DNA from: Monocercomonoides exilis PA203 | Lineage: Eukaryota; Protista; Preaxostyla | DNA length: 64,000 nt | Reading direction: 5' to 3' | Assembly: GCA_001643675.2 (NCBI GenBank) | Contig: LSRY02000016.1 | Location: 1,550,001 to 1,614,000, forward strand | Shown: positions 24,879 to 36,067 of the stretch, piece by piece | Layout: each line of letters begins with the position of its first letter | Position numbering within the stretch: the first letter of the stretch is position 1 | Position numbers and translations under genes: made by a program | The notes under the pieces: generated by a model | What the model was told of the DNA's origin: nothing | Database searches by the model: none | What the model saw: only the letters and a program-made list of their open reading frames with translations

Positions 24879-26913
24879 AGTTGATTGATTAATTTCGCAA
24901 GCTCAATTTTTCTCACGTTCGAATGATGTTATATTGAAGGGAAAAAAAACAGAAAAGAGCGATTGGAGAGATTTAATGGATAAATTATCATTTCATATAT
25001 TAAATAACAAAAATTGTTAGTATTATTGTTCCTTATCATATTTTTGTCATTATGAAATTGACACATCTAAAAGATTTCAAAAGAAGAAGGGAAAAAAGAA
25101 GAGCGTCAAAGAAAATTGAAAAGCATAAGTTTTTTTAATGAATGATTTTTGGATAAAATGAAAGTTATTTCCGATTTTTCTGATTGCTTGTTGGCAAAGA
25201 GCAGAAATTCAGAAGTCAAAATTTTACACGATTTTGATAAGATTTTTTGCTGGTTGCATGAAAAAGCAGATGAAAAATGAAATAATGAAATGGTGAGATA
25301 TGATTATTTTTATCCAAATATCTTCTTCATTTTTTCATAATTCAAAACAAATTTTTATTTTTATCAAGTAATAAAATAAAACAATTGTATCATTTGAAAG
25401 CCTTATCAATGTGGTGCTTTTTTTAAAATAGCAGAAACTGGAAGTTCATTTGAGTTTTTTGCAACATTCTCTTCCGGATTGAAAACATTTCAAAAGATAT
25501 GGAAATTAGGTCACAGGAAAAGAGAAAAGTTACAGCTGAACAGATCATGCTCTGAATGATTTTTCGAACGCTTCACTTGCATGATAAGAAAATGGAATTG
25601 CCAAAGCTCAACAATCTGAATTTTCTAAAAAAATTTTTATTCAGAAAATGGTCATCTGCATTGCCCTCCACTCCGACTGCTCGTCAGATGATTCAGACAC
25701 TTCCTCCATCTCTTCAACCTCCACCATTGTCACATCTTCCTCCGATATCTCACTGATGAGCGAGAGATTCACAGACTTGCCAACTCCTTTATCAGCGTTT
25801 GAGGAGGATGATGATTTCAAAAAAGAGTGTCTGAGGTGGAAGGCACACAAGCTGCTAATCAACAAGAAGATGGGTACAACGAAGGAGTTAGTTGTGTTCC
25901 TGATTAGGATGATGTTGTGTGAGGGCCTAACTCTTTGAGAACAGTTTGGGGAGTATGAGGTGAACATGTGGAAGAAAAAGATTACTACAAGAGAAAGGCA
26001 GAAAATATCAGAAACTTGTCTGAAGCTTTTTGAGGTCGTTTCCAGCTTTGAGATGGTGTGGTTATTTAATAATTATGCAAAATGTTAAAGGAGTTTTGTC
26101 ATTTTTTTACTGCAATTTAGATAATTTTTCAACATTTTCTTGCTTTCTTATTTATTTAATAATTAATTAATTAATTGATACAAAAAACAATACTCACTTC
26201 ACATTAACATAATATATCTTATGAATTATCTTTTTTAGTGAAAGTTATCGAATAATAGTGATAAATTTCATAATTTAATTTGTTCTTATCAATATTCAAT
26301 ATTTTTTATTCGTAATTTCCAATAGAAATCTTTATTAAATTGCATTCACATATAAAAACAATTATTTCTCAAATGCTGATTCTTTAATAAGCAATTGAAG
26401 CATTTTTTCAAAGTTGAATCCACTTGAACTATTAAACTGGATGAACAAAAGACCCTTTTGTTGCAAACAAACTATCTTTTAATTGATTATATGATAAAAT
26501 ACAATTACTCAGAAAATATTAGATAAATCTTAATTATTATCAGTTATGAACATCGCTCTTCATTCTGAAGAATGAAAAACGTTCGAACACAATATAAAAG
26601 TTCAACAAACGTTGTTAAATGGATCAGTGTGTCTTACAAGCATCTGAAAACAGAGAAGATAAATTTATAAATGAGAACAAACAAATTTGCACACTGAAAT
26701 ATTGTATTTGAAAGGAAGTTTGAAAGAATATTTAACATTTTTTGTATTTGTGACTCACTATTCCACATATTCACAATAAGATTCTTCTATGAATGACAAA
26801 TGTTATAAGTGTGTTTCAAAAACAGTTCAGAAAAATTATAATTGCAAACTTCTTCAACAAACCTCATTGTTTGTCAAGTAATTTCATTTGAATACAAATG
26901 TATTCAGAATTCA

Positions 26914-29730
26914 TCACTGTGAAAAAAGATAGCTATAGCAGTTGAATGTTTTATTGTAAAAAAATATTGAAATCTGCAATAAAAGCAATGCGTTGAGCTT
27001 TTCTGGTGCAAGCGAGTACCTTCTATCTCCAACAATTCGTCTCAGGCGAGAGAAAATTCTATCACAAGATGCTTCGCTCCACGGAAACATCGTCAACGAA
27101 TAACAAATGTTTGCAAAAATTGTGGATATTGTTCCTTGCTTTGAAATTCCAGAATAGAAAATTTGAGAATAAGTTTGTTCCACGTTTTGAGTATTATCCA
27201 GTAACATTGAAGAAAATAAAGCTCTTAGTCATATTAAGAGCATCAAAGCTTTCAAACAAGAAATTTTGTACAAATAATCATCGAATTCTGTCTTCAATCT
27301 GAGAAACCAATCCATGCTGATTGTTTGTTGGATTTTGAATGATATTTCTTGATTTCTTTTGCTGGCATTGTGAAATCAATGACTGGAAATTCATTTGCGC
27401 CAAGTTCTTCAACGTCTTTGTCATCTTTTGAAGTGTTTTCAACATTATCTGAGCATTTGTCTTCATTTTTTTCAGTTGAATTTGATTGCATGTCATGATC
27501 TTCAAGTTGTGAATGTTTTTTTCTTGTTTCGTTGAATGATGACTCTTGCTCACTTCACACACAGAAAGGAGAATGAACCTGGAATTCATCATCAGCTGCA
27601 TTGTTTTCTGCTTGAATAATGCCTGCTTCGAAGAAATCAATTTCATCGAGGCTTTCATCTTCATACAAAATTGCTTCTTTATCAACAAGTGAATTTTCTG
27701 TCAAAAGAGTTAATAAATGCAGCAAACTGTTATTTGGTGAGTTGGTTGGTGAAGTTGATGATTCAGAGTGCAAATCTTTTGGAAGCTGCTGAAGTTGAAC
27801 TTGCGTTTCGGTAATTGCTTCTGCAATTCTGTCTTTTTCTGGGCTTATATACTGTTGAGCAGAATTTAAAGTCTCAACTGATAATGGAGAAGAGAATATC
27901 GGGTGAGGAAAATTTGTTGGAAAATTAATTTTTTCATTCTTCGAAAAAAATGAAAGCGCATATTGTTTGTCTGTAAAAAATTCATTTTCGCTGGTTTTAT
28001 CTTCCATCACATGAGAGAGTGTACGTAACTTTTTCTGTTGATTCTTTAAAGATGCAGTATTTGGAACTTCTTTGGAAGGACAAAGAAAGACCGAGTCACT
28101 TGGAATTAAATCTTTTGTGGATTAAATAGATGAATCGCAACGCATCCTTTGGATTTGAGTTTGATCTGAATCCTTTGAAAACACTGATGAACATTTAAAA
28201 GATCTGTATTTTTTCTTTCAATATCATAAACTCTGTTGAATTAGACTTTGAAAACAAACCGTTTTTGTAGTCCAGAATTCCAATTGGAGTAAGTGAACGA
28301 GCCAAAGCGATTTGATCTCCTCGTTCTTTCCCCAAAAATGAATTGAACAGTTGGATAACAATAAAGCAAACTCCATATTGCCAATCGGGGGAAGAATATT
28401 CCTCAAGATCTTGTAACCACATGTATTGCGCAATAGATTAAAGGAGAATTGGAAACACATCTCCAAGCTTTGTGTCGTTTTTTTCAAAGAACAATTGCAG
28501 TTGTTTCAGAGGAATTAGTAATAATTCACATCTGATCAAGTCTTCTATTTTCACTCTGCAGAAATAGTGTGAAAATGAGATAGTATGTTTATTTTTTGTA
28601 ATAAAAAAACATATGTCAAAAAGACATAGCCATCTTGTTTCAATGAATGAAGGGCATTTCGGAAAAAATGGATTTTTCGTGGACTCGTTTCTGGAAATTT
28701 TTGAAAATGACGTTATTTCTTCCTTCAATTGAACGTAAAATGAATAATCCTTAAATAGGCGTGCGACAATTAAATTGATTAAGTTGTAACAACGGAAAAC
28801 AAATAGAGGAGTAATTTTTTTCCATGTTTCTGTGATTGACGTCGACTTTGTTTGATCTGTAAGCTTTGAATTGCGAGTTTTTGTGGCAGCAAGCCATCCG
28901 CACAAAAGCATCGAACCTCAACCTACAGATCAGCTAATTCTGTAATAATTTCATTTGCAATGTAAAAATGACCGAAAGTTGTGAAGCAAGCCTTTTCAAT
29001 TTTCCAGAAAAATGGAGATGCCTTTGTCTGTAACGGAATCATAGTGATGACAGTGAATTATTTCCCTGCTCCAACACCTCCATCCATCTTGACTCCAACC
29101 ATTGAATTATAAATCTTTGTATTTCTATTGGCAATTCTTTTCTTTCCTTCTTCATGAATAAGAGCTGTCAGCTTACGATATGTGAGAGTGGGAAATATGG
29201 TTGTCGGTGAAAGAGTTGGATTTTGTTGAGAAGTGATAATTAAAGAAAAAATAAATTTGTTGAATTCGTTGGAGTAAGCAGAAAGAAACGCAATATTGCT
29301 ATGACCAATTAAATGCAAAAAATGAACAACAAATGAATCAAATCGTAAATGAGTTGGAAATATTTTCTTTGTTGGAGCTTTCGAAAATCTTGAAGATGGA
29401 CAAGGATAAAAATATGGCAAAATCGATGATTTGTTTCTTCATTTCTTACTTTTCTTTCGGAGATGGCACAATTTATTCCGTGTTTGCTGTTTGGACACAA
29501 GAAAGAAATATGTCCATTTTTTTTAAATGATCCGTCCATCTTAACAGGAGTGCATGCAAGCCAAAGCTTTCCATCGAATGCTTCAAAGTGAATTTAACCA
29601 ATTTCTTCTCCAGTATTGTTTGGGTGCTTGTGGGCTTGATTAATGGCAGAAAAATGCAAATTAATCTGAGTGATAACAAATATGAAACATACGATTTCCA
29701 CCGTTGAGAGATTTTGTTCTTATTAATTCC
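26914..29730 (-). mobile_element. hAT-superfamily transposase pseudogene
   Basis: In order: VGVKMDG (first Asp), FRCYNLINL (degenerate CxxH), FIETRW, and PWSEASCDRIFSRLRRIVGDRRYSLAPEKLNALLLL (hAT dimerisation motif); many frameshifts; TIRs not found. Confidence 0.85.
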
Positions 29731-31079
29731 ACGAATGTGCATTCATTGATTTTTAATTCCTCAACTTTTCTTTCAAACGCTTCAAGCTTAAAAGATGAAT
29801 TATTTTAAAAAACAAATAGTTATACGTGCTGGGATAAAATAAGATTGCCAAACAATATTTTTCGCTGACAGGCATCGTTGTAATTCCAATGGCAATTCTT
29901 TAAAAAAGTTATTTTGAGTCAATTAACTCATTATTCAAATGATCTCGACAAACCGACTGATCTCAACAGACAGGCTGATCAAGACATGATCAAGTCGAAA
30001 AGATCTGTCGATTTGACAACATCAATTTTTTTCAACATTTTCATGTTTAATTATTCATTTTAATAATTCTCAAAATAAATGGAGAAAAAAAATATTTGAA
30101 ATTAAATGTTATCCAACATTTAAAATTTTCCAAATTGAAAAGTCTCAAAAGTGTTTTAAACGTCCCATTCGGTCGGATTGTCGTTCACGTTTAACAAAGC
30201 CAGTATGTCGCAAAGGCCGATTTCAGAATTTCTAATTTTCGACCCTTGATACATAATCTATATTTTTATATACAGTTATGCGTAAAAGGAATATGATTTT
30301 ATGAACTTTTCAATGACTAAGATAAGTTATCATATGGGTGATTTTTTATGGGATCATTAAATTCAACTTTTCAAATGTGACAGATTGAATTGGTGAAAAA
30401 AACAATTTATTCTAATGTAAATATTTATTTGAACAATAAATGCGTATTTTTCTGTGAGAAGCTGCATGATTTTAATTTTATCCCATAAAAAAATGATCAT
30501 GAAATGTTGATCATTTCGTTCCCATCATTTATTTTTGTGAATTTCACATTTGTATTTCTTTTGCGTATCATCGAATATAAAGTTTCAAAAAGATCTATTT
30601 CACAAAATCTTTGAATTAACTTTTCATATTTTATTTAAAAAATATACTATTTGTTGTTATTTGTTGCAAACACTTATTTCCATTAATTTTCGCCTTTTTT
30701 GTTTCATCCATTTGAAAAGACATTTTGGTTTTTTGAACTTTCATAAACATTTCAATATTTCAATGAGTTGAAAAAACGAAAAGGTGAATAGTCGTATGTC
30801 TTGTATTATTTTTTTTGAAAGTTAATAATAACGAGAATTCATACGTTATTATCCTCATGAACGAAAAATTTTGTTCAAGAATTAAAACAAATTAATTGAT
30901 AACTTGTGTTTTTAAAAAAATCTAATATTATCTGCAATATCAACATCAAAAGGCTTGAAATCAAAAACTCAAAACTATATTAATCATTTTTTGAATCTAA
31001 TGACAAATCACATCTTTTGTGGAGGTAATTTTCTCTTTTGCTATTTTCTTATCTTTTTCTTTTCACTTTTAGACATTGC

Positions 31080-34000
31080 AAGGAGAAGAAATGGTTGAAA
31101 AGTTCTTATCGCACGAAAACGGTGAGCTATGGCCGATGATCGATATTTCTGATCCTGATGTAAATGAAGTGTTCCTGTAATCGAAAGAACTACCGATAGA
31201 CGTTTTGGGGTATCTGAAAAAGCTTCTCAAGGTTGATCATTCTCCAAAGTCTTCGCTTCACTCTGCGCCTTTATCATTTTCTCCATCCTCATCTTTTCCT
31301 TCAACTGGAGTATAACTCCAATTTGGCTCTACAATCTAGATGTTGAGAAGAAAAGAGAAGAATGCAACAGGTGTTATAGATCATCCGTATCTTCATCAGC
31401 GCCTGCGATTTATCCATCGGATGCCTCGGCTGTGGTGGCGTCATAGAAGTCTGCAGCAGCTATGAATGACATCAAGATACGATTGCGGATTTTGGTGCCT
31501 AAGGCGGCTCGGGTGTACGCACGGAACAAGCAGATGCTGCTGCAGAAACTGCTGGGTTTTGTTGTGGCGCTGCGGGAGGTGCTGCTTTGGGCCGTTGTGT
31601 GCACCTATGATGTAGTGCTTTCTGTGATGCTTTCTATTGTGCTAGTTGCTCCGCTTCCTTCAATTGATGAATCGCTGTTGATGAAGTCGGGAAACAAGAA
31701 TGCCTTTGTTGTGTAAGTGTGGATGCGTTCCCATCGATCTACAAATCTTTTTTGTCCGTTGCTGCTTCCGTTGGAGACAGCGTGGCTGGTTTTGCAATCA
31801 ATGAAGTCGAGGAGCGTTGTGGTGACGAATAAGATGAAAGAGGAAGTGATGCGGCTTGTGGTTGCAGTGAACAAAGTGCAGGAAAATTTTGGGAGATGGT
31901 GCTGGAGGCGGAAATGTTGAAGATGGAGGATGTCGTTCAGGTGTGGAAGCGATTGTGCTTGTTGTAATGGAGGAGCGAGAAGGAGCAGAAGAAGCAGAAG
32001 AAGTGGAAGAAGAAGGAAAAGACTGAGGAGGAGTGGTAGAACAGAAAAAAAAACATTAAGCGGTGAAACAGGAGACGGATAAGAAGTTTATGGAGTTCAA
32101 CATGTGGACAAAATATATTTGAAATGACAAGCGGCTATTGAAGCTGACAAATTGCTAATGGAGGAGAACAGGAGAATGGCAATCTCATCCAGATGAGTGA
32201 TTGGAAGATTCTTCAGCTGAGCGAGAAGTGCAATGAAGAGGTGAAGGAGATGCAGGTCAGCCTGTTACGATAATGAGAAGGTTGAGCTGAGTGTTGAGTG
32301 GATTTCGAATGAAAAGAAACGCAAGATGCAACAGTGTGGAGTTGTGAGTGTGGACTGTAAGTGGAAACTTTTGGATTGGGGGTTAAGCTTTTCATATCTT
32401 CTTCGTTGGTTTCTCTGTGCAAGAAGTGATGGTTCTGTTTTTGATTTCGTTGATACTTCAGTCGCATCTGCTTGAAAAATTCCAGGAGAAGTTTTCAGCG
32501 AGCATAGGAGATTGCAGTGCTGTGAAGTTCGACACAAACCCGAGCTGGAAGTGGGTTGATATGAAAGTGGGAAGCGGAGTGAGTGTTGTGGGAGAAGCAA
32601 GCAGCAGTGGAGCAGAAAACGTTGGCGATGGTGATGGAGGATGAGTGGGCACAACTGTGAAGCAGAAGATGAACCAGATAAAGAAGGAAACGAAGATTCT
32701 GATATAGCTGCTGAAAGCGCACGCACAGACAACAAGAAAGCAGAAGGCGCTGTTGAAGGAGGTGATTGAGAATCAGAAGAAGAGTGAAGCTGTGCAGAAG
32801 GCGATGATTCACTGGGTTTAGCTGTTCCTGAAGGATTTTGCGGAGGAACAGATGTTTGGAAAGTTTATTCATGAATTGTTCACTAAAGATGAACTGTTGT
32901 TCTTCATGCGCTGTGACACGCTACTGCTTGAAGGATGTTCTGTTGCAGCAGCCGATGGAAGAGAGCGAAAACTTCCTGATAGAATCGTTCCGAATGTTCC
33001 GGAAGTGCTCCAACACGTTGCTTAAAGGGATTTCTGAGAAGAAGAACAGATATTTTTTGTGAGTTTGAGAGAATGACGTTGGATAAGTGAGAGGCAGACG
33101 CATGTGTGTTTCTGTGGCTTCTGCCAAACTACTGCCGCGCAGAGGCGGCGAAGCTGAAGGGGGAGATGAAGGTGCTGTATGATGTCAAATGTTCTGAAAA
33201 TGCATGGACTTCATCATTTTTACCATTAGTGGCAGCTTTCAGAGGAATTGTGTTTGGAGAACAGGAGTCTCTTCTGTGTGTGCTATTCGCAGACTCCAAA
33301 GTCGCTGTCGCTGCGGATCTTCCGGGATGCGTGCAGGCTGTCAGGCTGCTGTCTGTCATCGTTTGAGTCTGTGCTGGAGGCGTGACAGCCTAACATCTTC
33401 ATCGCGCTATTCCTGCGACTGCAAGACATGCTTGTTTCAACCGATAGACAAGTGTTTCTATCACCTTTATAGAACAGTGCAGCCGCTGAGTCGGTGAAAT
33501 GGCACCTTGCGCTGCTGAAGTCTGCGCTGTACGACCGCTGTGGGTGCTTTCGGGGCTGTCTGCAGGGACAGGGCTGAAGCTGTGCGTGAAGGCTGCATAG
33601 TCGGTGGTGGGGAAGAAAGAAGGCGGTGAGCTTTGTTCCGGATGGTGCGGCTGCTGGTGAAGTTGGTGGGGATGCGGTGGATGAGGAATGAGGTGGAAGT
33701 GGCGAACTGCTTTGGGATGCTGCTGTGGGACTGACAGTGAGTTGTTTTGCTTCATGCGGGAATGACATGCAGAGGGATGGAGAAGGGTGCGATTTCTTGC
33801 CATGCATCATCAGTATCTGCTTCTTCCGCACAACACAACCATGTTTTGAGTTGCAAAGAATTGACAATCAACAACTTGCAGCTGCTCTTTGAATGTTAAT
33901 TTGATGTAATTGATCCTTAGATTTTTCTGATGACATTTTCGTAGGAGCTGTCATCTCCTTTTCCTTTTTCATCCTCTTCTAACTCCTGTTTCTTGTCGCA

Positions 34001-34330
34001 TTCATTTTCCATCAGAAAACTTCTGAAAGAAACAAATTTAAGTTAATACTGAGAATACAACTGTCTTCTTTTAACATATTTCTGAACAATACATTTGAAA
34101 AGAAGTAGAAAAAGGAGAAGGCGAAAACGAAGAAGAAGAAGAAGAAGATGATGATGATGATGATGATGATGATGAAGAGAAATATGTGTTATATTGCCCG
34201 AAGGCAGAGGAAGGCTGTAATGTTTGAGAGGATGAACGAGATGGGGATGCAGAAAGCAGTGAAGAGGAACATGAAACAAATGATTATGAAGATGAAGAAG
34301 ATGAAAATTAGGAGGAGGAGAAGAAGAAGA
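31080..34330 (+). pseudogene. Family Y pseudogene
   Basis: AIYPSDASAVVAS*KSAAAMNDIKIRLRILVP matches AIDPSDASAAAASYTSVGAMDDIERRLRIVVP (49379-49840, -); further broken frames end in an acidic tract. Confidence 0.55.
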
Positions 34331-34339
34331 CGGAGAAGA

Positions 34340-35030
34340 AACCACATTATTCGTAAAAATGTTGCTTGAAATGGATGTTCCTGAGAATGACACTCGATAA
34401 AAAAAGGCCGTTGTCTGTGAGAAAAAAAAGTTGTTAAAAAGATATTAAAATAATTAGTTTTGCATTGATTATAAAAATTCCTCAAAAGAACACATACACC
34501 CTCCCTATTGCAAATGCAGAAAATTGTCCAATCACTGATGCTGCCATTCTCCTTTTCCATTGTTTCCCTGTGCTCCTTTCTCCATCATCCTTTTTTCTCC
34601 TTAAATACCCTTCTTTCTATGTTTTCATCCACATTTTTCCTGAAAAAAATATCTCCGAATTTTATTCTTTCCAATAATTGTCCAATTGTGTGCATTTTTC
34701 TTTTTCCTCTCTTCCATATGCTTTGAAATTGAGAATTTTCATCCTCCGTTCCGATTGAATACAAAAATTTTTGCAATGATCATCCACTGATTGTCTCTCG
34801 GTGCAGCTTTTTTCTTATATTCTCTAAGAAAAACAAAGGAATAAACATTTATGTAATTTATCAGATTTCTGGATTCTGAAAAAATAATAAATAAAAGTAT
34901 CTTCTCAACGAACGAGACCTATAAAAAATTCACACATAAAAATTTCCGTATGTTATTTTGAAAAATGAATTTCCTTCAAAGATGGTTTTCAAAAAAAGTC
35001 ATCTTGCCAAATTCCATCATCAATTCCCCG
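34340..35030 (-). pseudogene. Family X 5' exon/intron fragment
   Basis: KKDDGERSTGKQWKRRMAASVIGQFSAFAIGR followed by a GT..ACTAAT..AG intron; homologous to 11060-11330 and 48500-49190. Confidence 0.55.
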
Positions 35031-36067
35031 CTGTCATTGACCTTGTTACCTTTTTAAATTTCTACTGCTATCCTTCAGAAAATGTTCTTTTTCTCTTCTC
35101 TTATCCGATATATTAACTTTTACGGAAAAAAGATAATTGAATTATCAAACATCCCACAACATTTTTTTTCATTTCAATTATTTTTTAAAAATATCATCGA
35201 TCGATTGCATGTTTTCAAGTTTTTCAACGATCTCTCTTCAGATTTTCAAATATATTTTTTTTAATGAAAATATAAAATAACAAAAAAATTACTCATGAAA
35301 GATCAACGATGCAACGATTTTATGATCTCATAAAAAATCACACATATGTAATCATGGGCAAAACCCGGGAATGTCCAATGAAAAACTCAAAAAAGAAAAA
35401 TTGAATAAATGAAATTGATACTAGTAATAGCAAACGCTTTCCTATTGCTCTTCAATTATTTGATGGTTTCTTTTTTTGAAAATATGTAATTTCAGAATTT
35501 TTTTAATAAAATGTTGGGTTCACAAAGCCATAATGTTTGCTTTTTCTTGCAATTTGTCTTCTTTTCCTTCGACATCGGAACTTTCAAAAGTTTTTACAAT
35601 AGCAGAGTTTGGTTGATAAAAATCTATTATTGAAATTTTCACATTTCTTCTTGAAAGAAAAGATATCACACTCAATAGCATTATTTTATCTGTCTTGCTT
35701 TTTTCTTCTGTGCTATATCGACATATCTATTCATTGAAGAATTGAAGAGATTTCAGCGTTAAGAAAGGTCAAATTAAATCAATATCGTAGAAAAAGAAAA
35801 AATTCAAGACTTTGCAAAGACTCGTAATTTTTTCTGTTGAAAGAAATAATCAAAAGGCATAATTAATAAAGTTTGGTTTCTGTTAAAATATTATTTTTAA
35901 CTTTTTTGATGTCGCATTTTTTGACTGAACACGTTATTTAAAGAAAAAATCGAAACAAGGGTGACAACAATGAAGACACGGAAATTAATGAAAAGTGTGC
36001 AAGACGGTTTATTGAAAGACGCAACGCTTCACTAAAGGAAAAACCAAAATCTATTGATATTAAAAGG

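Larger units (their letters stand above)
18236..24879. mobile_element. Non-autonomous long-TIR DNA transposon (Pack-type), 6.6 kb
   Basis: 612-bp near-identical inverted repeats; direct repeat AGTTGATTG at 18227-18235 and 24879-24887; no transposase inside, only gene fragments and a nested element. Confidence 0.85.
30331..35348. mobile_element. Candidate 5.0-kb Pack-type element bounded by 27-bp inverted repeats
   Basis: CATATGGGTGATTTTTTATGGGATCAT (30331-30357) versus ATGATCTCATAAAAAATCACACATATG (35322-35348), 25/27 match, related to the MITE ends; no clear TSD. Confidence 0.45.
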
